Of a stretch of DNA of 64,000 nucleotides, positions 27,775-38,709 are shown piece after piece. Made by a program: the position numbers and the translations under genes. The notes under the pieces were generated by a model. It saw only the letters and a list, made by a program, of their open reading frames with translations, ran no database searches and was not told where the DNA came from. Every line of letters starts with the position of its first letter. Positions within the stretch are counted from its first letter, which is position 1. The stretch comes from Phyllosticta citribraziliensis (taxonomy: Eukaryota), in the NCBI RefSeq assembly GCF_038025025.1, contig NW_027117339.1:930001-994000 (forward strand). Reading direction: 5' to 3'.

Positions 27775-30700
27775 CTACCCCACAAGCCCCAAATCCTCCC
27801 AAGCCTTGACGACGGGAACCTCCTTCCTGCGCCTCTCGGCCACAATCGCATCCCAAACAACGCCATCCGCACCACCAGGCCGGGCACCCAGGCCTTCAAG
27901 AACGCCGCCCTCAGCCCCTGGCACTTCTCCCTCTTCAGCAACACCTCCCGCTCCCAGCCCACTGGCAGCAGCAGCCGTTTCCACCTCAAAGACCTCGGCG
28001 ACGCATCCGCGCGCCAATTCGACCACCTCGCGGATGCCGCGCTGCACGGCTTCGGCGCGGCCGCGCATGCGCCGCTGGGCGAGTCCCTGGACGAGGCGCG
28101 CAACGTCGTCGGCGACCGTGTTGACGCGCTCGATCAGCCGCGCGATGCTGTTGACGAGGTACTCTTCCTCGTAGACGGACCCCTTTTTGCCGCGCGCGCG
28201 CTTGCGCTCCTCGCGCCGCCGGTTCTTGCTGCTGCGGCGCGTCGTGTTGGTCGCCAGCGTCGACTGCGAATTCCCCGTGTAGCGCGTCAGGAAGGTCATG
28301 CCGGAGGTCGAGGTTGTGGAGGGCGCGACGGAGACGTTGTCCGGGATGTCGGCACCGTCGGCGTTGGCGGAGGCGCTGGGGTCGCCGGTGAAGAATGCCA
28401 CTGAGGTTTATCGTGTTAGAATTCTAGAGTCATCTTGCTTGGGCAGGAGAGGGCAAGATTGGAGTGGTTTGGGTACGTAAGTGTGGATGGGAGCGGCAAG
28501 ACATACGCGGATCCTCTCTCTTCTTCACCCTCAACTCTCTCAATCGCGGCACCTGTGCGTTCAACTGCCCCTTGCACTCGGCCAGCAACTCGGTCATGGC
28601 CGCCGAGCCCTCCACCAGTCCCGGATCGACGACTTCTTCGACGAGCTCGCGCCGTCCCTTCAATCCCACGACGCGCATGGCCTCGGCGAAGTGGTATCCC
28701 CTGCAAAACAGGCGCGCCGCGCCCTCCAGATCGTCCAGATACTCGAGATGCACTGTTGCGGCCGCGGCAAAGTCCTTGGTCTCCGTCAGCGTGTCGGCGA
28801 GCGCCGTGGCCAGGTCGACGAGCTCATCGTGCGCGAGCGGCACAAACGTCGCGCACGACAGCGCTTCGCGCCACATGTTGGCGGCGCGGTAGGCGTCGGT
28901 GGCTGCCACAAAGTCGGAGAGGTACTCGAACGCGACGCCAGCCTCGCGGAACCTGTTCCTGCTGTTCAGGAACTGCGCGTACAGCTTCATGATTTCGCAG
29001 AGCCGTTCCTCCTGATACTTGTAGAGGCCGATGGCGTCGCTGTATAGCTCGTGCTTCTCGGCATACGCCTTGACCTCGTCGAAGGCGTCCATCTCGTGCA
29101 AGTGCGTCAGGGCCTTGGTCCGCCGGCCTAGATTGTCGTCGATGGTGAACTGTCGGCGCAGCGGCTCCATTGTCTGAAGGCCCTGAAGGTATGGTAGATA
29201 TTCCCTCGGGTCCTTCTGGCTCTGCTGTGCTATGAGCAGCGCAACCTCGAGATTGTACAGTCCTAGCGCAGTGTCGTATAGTTGATTAACATCCGCCAGG
29301 AAGCATATATGCTCGGCCGCCTTCTCTGCGAGGCTGTCATCTTGCTCTTTGAGCTTGGCGACCACTTGGAGGCCACCTTCGAGGTCTGGTGGCGACTTGC
29401 ACACGTTGGCCGTCACAATGTTTTGCAGATTGGTGGCAGTGCGGCTTTGAAGGACTGCAAGGAAGGCATCGCAAATGCGATTGACCTTGGTCGGAATGTC
29501 AAAACGAGCCGTGCCAGAGCTTTCGCTATCCATCACCAAGTCGGCGCGGGACTTTTTGGCTGTCTCCTTGTACATGGTCTGCGTCACGTCTTCGTTCCTG
29601 TTGCAGGGTCAGCCTGTGGCTTGAATGGGAAATGGAGCGACTTGCCTCAACTGCGACAGGAACAGGTCGACATGACCAATTTTCTTCAACTGGTCAAGGA
29701 AGAGTTGAATATTGGACATGAACTGCTCAGGCGCGTGGTCATGGAGAATGTTCATATCCACTCTCTGGTTCCGACAAGCCATGAATGCCGTCTTGTACCT
29801 CTTCTCGTTGATACTCTTGCGGATACCTGCGACCACAAGAGCGCGGGGATATATCGTCTCAAGATTGCCCCTTGGCATCTGAAGGACGACCGCATAGGAA
29901 CATGGCATCACCGAGACCAAGCGAGCACCTCTCTCGATCGCCCGCACTCGCTCGTCTTTCTCGGGCTCATCGGGGGGCACTTCTAAATCCTGAACTGTCG
30001 CCAGATGGACAAACTTGAGGAGATGCTGGGTCGTAGTGAATATGAGATGAGCCTGTGTCACCTTGAACGACGTGCAATTCTTGACAAGCAGCCGGCCATT
30101 GGCATAGAGCATGCCGCTACTCGTCAAGCCAAACGCAATGTCCTGGAAGATGGTGAGTAAAAAATGCAAGAAACGGGCGGCAGACCAACCTCTTCGTCAT
30201 GAGTAACTACTTCCAAAAGCGCAGGCTTGGCCGGAATCTTGCAGATCTTCTCAAATTCCGTGCCGTCTGGCGAAACCGCAGACACCGTGCCATCTCGATG
30301 GAGAATGCAGAGCTTGCTGTAGTCTACGGAGGGCACCAGTGAATGCGCAGGAACAGAGGGAATTTGTAGCTCGGTGTAATCTTCCTCTTCGAGTGACTTG
30401 TGGAAGATGATTTGGCCTCCCTCATCTTCATCACTGAAATCGAAAAGAACGAATAGCTCCGACTCTCCACGAAATGCAACCTGTCGAGGGCGCACAGAGG
30501 GTTTGCCAGCAATCGCTCCACCAAAATCTTCGCGCCCAGGAATGTGCTGAGGGTCGCTGGGAAATTTTGAGGATGAATCGTAGCCGTATATTTTGACATC
30601 GTTTTCACGAAGGACGGCCAAACGAGTGCTGCTCGAGTTGATTGCAACATCGGCGGGAATTCCTCCAACATCGACCTCGTGCAGTGACATCGGCGGGGGT

Positions 30701-32064
30701 ACATTGGCATAGCGAAGTGGCGTGACCCGAAGCGTGCCTACAAGATCGTTAGTCAAGGAGAACTTGATTTGCTGCGTGGACCAACTTACTGCCATCAATC
30801 ACAGCAACGGTACCAAAGTCACTTGGTTGCGTCACAGAGCCTCCATCGACACAGAATGTGTATTCAGAGCTCACAGAGAATCCTGCAATGACTTAGCTAC
30901 TGAGTTCGTTCGTCATTGCTGCGGATTCTTACCAGGGCCGTCCCCATTGTGGGTCTTTGGGGAAGAGATTGCCAGTCGCAGGGGCTTTTCAGGGTGCCAC
31001 CTCGGCTCATAGGAAAGGCCGTCCACGTAAATGTCCTTTTTGAGATAATAGTGATAATTTCCCATGGTCCAGAGTTGCAGTCGATTTTTGAAAGAGACAG
31101 CTAGGACGGTCGAGTCGCTATTCCATGCAAGGCTGATGTTGTCTTCTGGCTTGGTGCACAGCGAGAACTCTCCGTGGCGGAGGCCGTTGCGCTCGAAGAA
31201 TACCACGTCGACCGTTTCTTCTTTTCGTTGGACTCCTGCGATCAAATTGCCCGCCGGCCTCCAGCTAAGGGCACCCTCAAGATAGTCCACTGGCTCACTC
31301 ACGCTATCCAGCACGCCTTCTCTTGAGTAGATTCTGATCATCCTTCTCTTTTCTTCTTCCACGGTGTTTACGGCCAAATAGGCACCGTCACCTCTCCACG
31401 TGATGCTAACTCTCCCATCATCGTGGGGGCTCAACAGACCTTGATCCACCTTTTCAGGAACAGTTGGATCCCTAAGCGCCTTCGCTCGTTTTCCTTGGAA
31501 TTGCGTCTCTTTCTTGCCCCATCCCACGGAAACATGGTTCGAGACTTTGAAATCATCCGGGGCGAATGTGACGTTGGTCACATTTTCAAAGTCTCTCGTC
31601 ATAAAAAGCAGGGTATTGGCGCGGGTGGTGATGGCAAGCAGCTCCTCATCCGGAGACCATGCTGCAGCTGTCATTCCAGCATCGACTGATCCGACAATTT
31701 CGATCAAGTCTTCACCGGGGAGAGGCTCCTCTCGCACAATGACAATGTCACCGCCGGCGAGAACCAAGCACGCGGTTGCTGTGTCGGAGAAATATTGCAG
31801 GTTCAAGACCTTGTCGCATGCCAAATCTGGCAGTGGACATGGCGCATCCCACGAGGCGATCAAGGAATAAGCTTCGGGGGAGGAGACGTTTTCGTGGCCG
31901 TCATCATTCACGCGTCTCAGTTCGATGACAGCGCTGGATTCGCATGGTCCCAACGTGCAGATTAGCGCGTCCGAAGACGAGTCCCATGCCGTGGCTGTGA
32001 TTGGCAGAGAGTCATTGCTGGGTAGGTCGCGCCGTGTGCTCCGCACGCATCTCAAGTTGCGCAT
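27775..32064 (-). CDS. IKI3: Elongator subunit Elp1/Iki3 (multi-exon)
   Basis: MRNLR start; VSVGWGKKETQFQGKRAKALRDP, FFERNGLRHGEF, LQMPRGNLETIYPR, SQKDPREYLPYL and RREERKRARGKKGSVYEEEYL motifs. Confidence 0.95.
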
Positions 32065-33180
32065 CCTGGATAAGTAGGTGGGCGAGGAAAATTGGTGATT
32101 GTTCTGACATGTTGGAGGTCGATGGCCCATCCAATCGGGAGGGCGGCGAATCAAAATTTCGAGCCACCCAGGTTACGCTAGTCGGCCCTCCGCCAAGACT
32201 TTCAACTGCCTCCTAGCATCACTTTTTCTCTCGCAATTCAACACGCGTTCTGCATCGCACTTCAAGAAATATAGTCGCAAGTTTCAATTCATCTAGAGGT
32301 AGACTCAAGGAAGCTGGGTAATTTGTACAAAGCCGCAAACGATCGTGCGCTCTGGCAGTGCCCCAGACCTGCCACGAGATCTTCTCTGCCGATCCACCTT
32401 CGCGCCAGAAATCTAGAGGTTCTTCTTGAGCTGCCAGACTGTCGAGAAGCATGTCATTAGCTGTACAGTCCATGGAGGGGGTATTGCAAACGGAGCTTAC
32501 CGGCAATGCCGAAGGGCGCGAAGAATCCAACAGCTGTGACCCCGATCAGTTGTACCCCAGGTATGCAACTCGGATGAGAGCCTACCCATGAAGCCCCAGT
32601 AGCGCAGCCAGAAGAACTTGGTCAGAGGGTTGAAGGGAAGGTTGCTCTGGAAGGAAATCAGCCGCGGCCGCAGGGGGAGTAACGACGGGGATTGGAGGAC
32701 GAACGCGAGGACCCTAGAATCATAGTTAGCGCTGATTGTCGCCACAAACTGATCGCAAGCGCATCATACCTCGGGGTAGTGGTAGGGGGAGGAGAGCCTG
32801 GCGCTCGTGGAAGAGAAGGTCCTCCTCTGGAGCTGCGAGGCGATGCGGAAGGCAGGGCGGGACATCATCTGGACTTGTCAGGCATTGATCTGTTGAAGCC
32901 AGCATCGTGGCACGACTTGGACGTACTTTTGCGACGGGAGTCAGTGGGGCAGAGGGGAGAGGTTGCGCGGCGAGGTGTGACGGAATGGCTGCCGGAGGTC
33001 GAACGATGCGAAGATGCTTGGCGTCGGTGGTCCCGGGTCATTCTCGGCTACAGCCGCAATCCTTGCCCGTCGCGCAGCTCGATTCTGACAGCCTCTAGCT
33101 GCCGCTCATCGAAGTCCAAGCGCAAAAGTTCACCAACCCACCACTCGACACCTGCACGCATTGTGCGCCCGCCATCCGTC

Positions 33181-36100
33181 ATGGATGAACTCTTCGACGT
33201 GTTCGAGGGCGGCGACAAGCCCACGCAGAGGCGGACCGATCGCAAAAAGAACAAGAAGAGGCAGGCCAACGGCGATGTAAAATCTCCAAATGGCGACGCG
33301 GAACAAATCACCAACGATGCTCCCATGCCCGACGCCCCTCCACCACCTGAGGAACCTGAGGAAGACGCCGCGAACGGCAACGAGTCTCCGGTCGAGGATC
33401 CTGCCGCTGCGAAGCGCCCACGGCGCGATGAACCCGCTCCGGTCGTCACAGATACTTTTGAGACGGAGCAGTCGCGCGAAGTCGCTGCAGCTGCAGGCTT
33501 GCAGGCACAACAAGAGGGAAGCAATGTCGTACTATCGCACCAAGTCAGGCATCAGGTTGCGCTGCCTCCCGACTACGACTACGTCCCGATTTCCCAGCAC
33601 AAGCCGCCGGAGAAGCCTGCCCGGGAATACCCATTCACGTTGGACCCATTTCAGCAAGTCTCCGTCTATTCGATCCAAAGAAACGAGAGTGTCTTGGTCT
33701 CTGCGCACACTTCGGCCGGTAAAACGGTCGTCGCCGAATATGCGATTGCCCACTGTCTTAAGAACAACCAGAGGGTCATTTACACGAGTCCCATCAAGGC
33801 GCTTAGCAACCAAAAGTACAGAGAATTCACCGCAGACTTTGGAGATGTGGGTCTCATGACTGGAGATGTCACAATCAATCCCACTGCAACATGCTTGGTT
33901 ATGACCACGGAGATTCTGCGCTCTATGCTGTACAGAGGTTCAGAGATTATGCGCGAGGTGGCCTGGGTCATATTCGATGAAGTGCACTACATGCGCGACA
34001 AATGTAAGTACTCCTTTGAATCTTCACTTTACATTGCTGACTCTGAGAAGCTCGTGGTGTGGTATGGGAAGAGACAATCATCCTCCTCCCCGACAAAGTG
34101 CGCTATGTATTCCTGTCTGCCACGATCCCCAACTCGATGCAATTCGCCGAATGGATTGTCAAAACTCACAACCAACCATGCCACGTTGTTTACACCGATT
34201 TCCGACCTACTCCTCTGCAACATTACTTCTTCCCCTCTGGCGCCGACGGCATCCACTTGATTGTCGATGAAAAGGGTAATTTCAGGGAGGAAAATTTCCA
34301 AAAAGCCATGAACTCGATCGCGGACAAACAAGGAGACGACCCGGCAGATGCACTGGCAAAACGAAAAGGCAAAGGCAAAGACAAGAAGTTGAACAAAGGC
34401 GGCCAAAAGGGCCCTTCGGACATTTACAAGATTGTCAAGATGATCATGCTGAAAAACTACAATCCGGTGATTGTCTTCAGCTTTAGCAAAAGAGAGTGCG
34501 AAAACCTTGCTTTGCAGATGAGCTCCTTGTCATTCAATGACGAGTCCGAAAAGGCTCTGGTCAAGAAAGTTTTCGACAGCGCCATCGAATCGTTGAGCGA
34601 ACAAGATCGGGATCTTCCACAAATTCAGCATCTGCTGCCCCTTTTAAAGCGCGGCATCGGTGTCCATCACTCCGGCCTTCTCCCAATTCTTAAGGAGACG
34701 ATCGAAATTCTTTTCCAGGAGGGCTTGATCAAGGTCCTTTTTGCTACGGAAACCTTTTCAATCGGACTGAACATGCCTGCAAAAACAGTCGTCTTCACAA
34801 GTGTCCGGAAGTTTGATGGAGTGACCCAAAGATGGGTGACTCCCTCCGAGTTCATTCAAATGTCCGGTCGTGCGGGAAGACGTGGTCTCGATGACCGAGG
34901 TATCGTCATCATGATGATTGACGAGAAGATGGAGCCGCAGGTCGCCAAGGAAATCGTTCGCGGAGAGCAAGATAAGCTCAACTCGGCCTTCTACTTGAGT
35001 TACAACATGATCCTGAACCTGATGCGCGTAGAAGGCATTTCTCCCGAGTTTATGCTCGAGCGGTGCTTCTACCAGTTCCAAAACACTGCCAGCGTGTCTG
35101 GTTTAGAGAAGCGTAAGCAACCCTCGGATTTTCAGGCAGCTCAAGACTAACGACACGTAGAGTTGAACGAGCTGGAGCACGAAAAGGCATCACTCTCGAT
35201 CTCCGACGAGCCCACAATCCGGGATTACTACGACCTGAGGCAGCAAATTACCACGTACACGCAGGACATGCGGGCTGTCATTATGCATCCCAACTACTGC
35301 CTGCCGTTTTTGCAAAGTGGACGTCTTGTCAAGGTCAAATCTAAGCAGTACGACTTTGGATGGGGCGTTGTCATCTCAGTCAATCCTCGGAAGCCCGGCA
35401 AAGGCCAAAAGCCCGCCGATATTCCTCCTCATGAGACTTACATCGTTGATGTGCTCATCCAGGTCGCCAGCGACGTGACGTTTGCACCTCAGGCAGTGCA
35501 AGACTTGCCCACTGGAGTGCGCCCGGCCGCACCTGGCGAGAAGGGCAAGATGGAGGTTGTGCCGGTCATGTTGTCATCTCTGGATTCACTTGGCCACGTC
35601 CGCATCTTCCTCCCCAAAGAGCTCAAGACCGCCGAGCAAAAGAACTCTGTTCGCAAAGCTCTCGAGGAAGTCAAGAAGAGGTTCCCTGATGGCGTTGCCA
35701 TTCTCGATCCCATCGAGAACATGGGCATCACCGACGAGAGCTTCAAGAAGCTGTTGCGGGTAAGTTGCAGTTTTCGACATGCATTGCAAACACTGACATT
35801 GTTTAGAAAATTGAAGTTCTCGAATCCCGCCTGCTTTCCAACCCGCTGCACAATTCTCCTAGGCTGCTTGAGCTGTACAACCAGTATGCTGCCAAGGTAG
35901 AAATCCACAACAGGATTAAAGATATCAAGAAGCAGATCCAAAGTGCTCTTTCGATCATGCAGCTGGACGAGCTCAAGTGCCGAAAGCGTGTTCTGCGCCG
36001 TCTTGGGTTCATCAGCGAGTCCGACGTGGTTCAGATCAAGGCACGTGTGGCGTGTGAGATTAGCACCGGTGACGAGTTGGTGCTGAGCGAGCTGCTCTTC

Positions 36101-36601
36101 AACGGCTTCTTCAACGAACTCACCCCTGAGCAGTGTGCTGCCGCACTGAGTGTGTTCATCTTCGAGGAAAAGAGCAACGACACAAGCTCGCTGCGGGAGG
36201 AGCTTGCAAAGCCCTTCCGCGAAATTCAAGCCCAAGCTCGCATCGTGGCCAAAATATCGCAGGAGAGCAAGCTCAGTCTCAATGAAGACGAATACCTCAA
36301 CGGCTTCAAGCACCAGCTGATGGAGGTTGTATTTTCCTGGTCGAAGGGCGCCACGTTTGCAGAAATCTGGTAGGTTTACCAACAACTTGTCCTGTTGGTG
36401 CATTGCTAACTTGCACATAGTAAAATGACAGACGTCTACGAAGGCAGTTTGATTCGCCTGTTCCGGCGTCTGGAGGAGCTTCTCCGCCAGATTGCCCAGG
36501 GCGCCAAGGTGATGGGCAACTCGGATCTGGAGCAAAAGTTTGAGAAGGCGCTGGAGGCAATCAGGAGGGACCTTGTGGCGGCGCAGTCTCTGTATCTGTA
36601 G
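33181..36601 (+). CDS. MTR4: Ski2-like DExH RNA helicase Mtr4/Dob1 (FRH)
   Basis: [32 protein letters not shown] and [10 protein letters not shown] motifs, arch region, and C-terminus [13 protein letters not shown]. Four introns. Confidence 0.96.
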
Positions 36602-37099
36602 GCGAGATGGAGGAAAGGTTCATATGGGGGTTCTGGTTGGCGCATCATGTCATGTTACTGGGGGAATTGCATCCAGCGGCGGACGGCGTTGGGGCGGGTT
36701 GGTCAGAAGCTTCCATTTGGGTGTAATGCGTTATGACAGACATAGTCCATGTAACCAAAGTTGCCAGCGCAGAGGAGGCCGGCCCAAGCGGTGGGAAAAA
36801 AGGCGTTGGGGCTGTCATAGGCTCATGGCGGGCGGTCGGGGTCCAAGCGCAAGGCGGCGCTAGAGTGTTTTCGGCCAAGGCCCTTGTGTTCGGTGCGTTG
36901 CTAACTAACTACCTGCACACTGACTGCACCTGGACCTCGCTGTTGTCCCACCCTGCCCTGCGCTGCGCTTTCATCACCACGTCCTCCTCGCCCCAAAAGC
37001 CAACAGTGGCTGAACTCCCTCCCTCCCTCCACCCACCTGATTGCGCCCGCCATTCACCCTTCCTTCGCTGAGACACCACCCGCACCCACCTCGGCCAGC

Positions 37100-38113
37100 A
37101 TGAACGGCGTGCTCGCCACTTCTCCTCTTTCTCCTGCTCCTCACCTTCTCACAAGTGCCCGCCTGTCGCCAAGCCGCTCCAGTACGTGTGCCACCCTTCT
37201 CCCCTTGTCTCCTTCGCCGACAGCTGCTGACCTGCCAACTGCAGTGCTCTCCAACCCCTCCGCCATGGCCTCGTCCAAGAGGAAGCGTGATGACGAGTCC
37301 ACCGACCAAGACGAACGCATGTCTGCCTCTCCGGAGCGTTCGCCCTCTATGCAACACCGAGGCTTGCCGCAACGTCAAGTCGCCCGGACCACCAAACGCA
37401 TGCGAACAAATCTCAGCGGCCAACCTCTCGCTCTTCCCAGGCTCCTCGAGACCCTCGGCCCCGACGACATGAGATCTCTCCTCCAGTCCATCTGCCAACG
37501 CCATCCTGATATTGGCGCCGAGGTCGTCAGCACCGCGCCTCGACCAAGCGTCTCCTCGGCTTTGCAAGTCCTGAGCAACTACGAATCTACCTTCCAAGCT
37601 GCCTTTCCTTACGGCGATAACAACTCCTCCGACTACGTCTACAACCGCGTCAAGGATGCATTGAGAAACCTTCTCGAAGCTCTGAAGGATTACACACCGC
37701 ACTTCCTTCCACCAAACGAAAACCAACCAGCGACCTCGCTGAGCTACCTCGATGCCGCTACACAAGTCCTCCACCGCCTGCCCAACTGGGAATCGTCCTT
37801 CCACAACCGTCACAAGCAAGAGGCATACGAGGAAATGGCAAAGGCCTGGGCTTTGGTCGTTCGAGAGGCCGCCAAGCGGGGCGGAGGTATTCAACTGCAA
37901 TACGGCGGATGGGACCAAAAGGTTGCCAAGCACAACGAGCTGTCGGGAAACAAAATGACGGAAGCCCTCAACGAGGTGCGGTCGCACCTTGGTTGGATGC
38001 ACTTTGATGGCCAACAATCAACGATGGGCCCAAACGATCAATCATCGGTGCGGCAACAACTCCTTAGCGGCACCTATGGCCAAGGCCTCTCCGTCCGCGT
38101 TGGGCCGTGGTAG
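37100..38113 (+). CDS. STS1: Nuclear proteasome tethering factor Sts1/Cut8
   Basis: [30 protein letters not shown] and [19 protein letters not shown] motifs. Probable 63-nt intron at 37182-37244. Confidence 0.9.
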   Translation: MNGVLATSPLSPAPHLLTSARLSPSRSSTCATLLPLSPSPTAADLPTAVLSNPSAMASSKRKRDDESTDQDERMSASPERSPSMQHRGLPQRQVARTTKRMRTNLSGQPLALPRLLETLGPDDMRSLLQSICQRHPDIGAEVVSTAPRPSVSSALQVLSNYESTFQAAFPYGDNNSSDYVYNRVKDALRNLLEALKDYTPHFLPPNENQPATSLSYLDAATQVLHRLPNWESSFHNRHKQEAYEEMAKAWALVVREAAKRGGGIQLQYGGWDQKVAKHNELSGNKMTEALNEVRSHLGWMHFDGQQSTMGPNDQSSVRQQLLSGTYGQGLSVRVGPW

Positions 38114-38709
38114 ATACGACAGTCCATCATGGTGTCTCACTGGAGCAACAAACCCCTGATGACGTCTCTACGACCACCTGTTTATACCGATTCCTTCCAT
38201 CACTGGCGTTCCTCTTACTTATTCCCCCTGCGCCGGGTCCGTTGGCACTTTTTCCTGCACTTCCTTTTCGTTTACGGCCTTTTTCGGATTTGCTTTTCTT
38301 GCTCCTCGAGGCGTTTCTGGGCATGGTAGGCGGACAAAGGGCGCATCATTCACAGCATCAATTTTTCATCTTGGCCCTACCGCATCTTGCTTCTTCCATT
38401 TCATGTCGTTCGGGTAACCATCTCGGTTCGACGCATATGCATGAATCGGCGGATAGGTTAGTTCGTGGTGCATGCATCGTGGCAGAGGTCACCGTTTACG
38501 GAGCAGAGTAGCAGATGGCGGCTTGAAGGAACACAGGCATACGACGAGGACGCAGAATGTATACAGAACGGCAGTCCAGCGAATGGCGCACATGGGTAGA
38601 GTAATGAAAATTGACAGCATCGATACTCACAGTCATACTGATACTGCTTCTTGCTTGTACATGTCAGGTCGACAACACGATGCCCTACAATGAGACAAGC
38701 CAAAGTCTT

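Noticed and set aside
32692..33180. 163-codon in-frame extension upstream of MTR4
   Set aside because: It starts at TTG in poor context, crosses the divergent IKI3/MTR4 promoter and looks random. MDELFDVFE is the typical start.
16247..36601. Apparent RNA-metabolism cluster (SKI8, IKI3, MTR4)
   Set aside because: The genes are interspersed with unrelated housekeeping genes. Ordinary synteny is a sufficient explanation.
36974..38017. Long antisense ORFs over STS1 (and similarly over MTR4, septin, IKI3)
   Set aside because: These are shadows of codon bias in real genes on the opposite strand.
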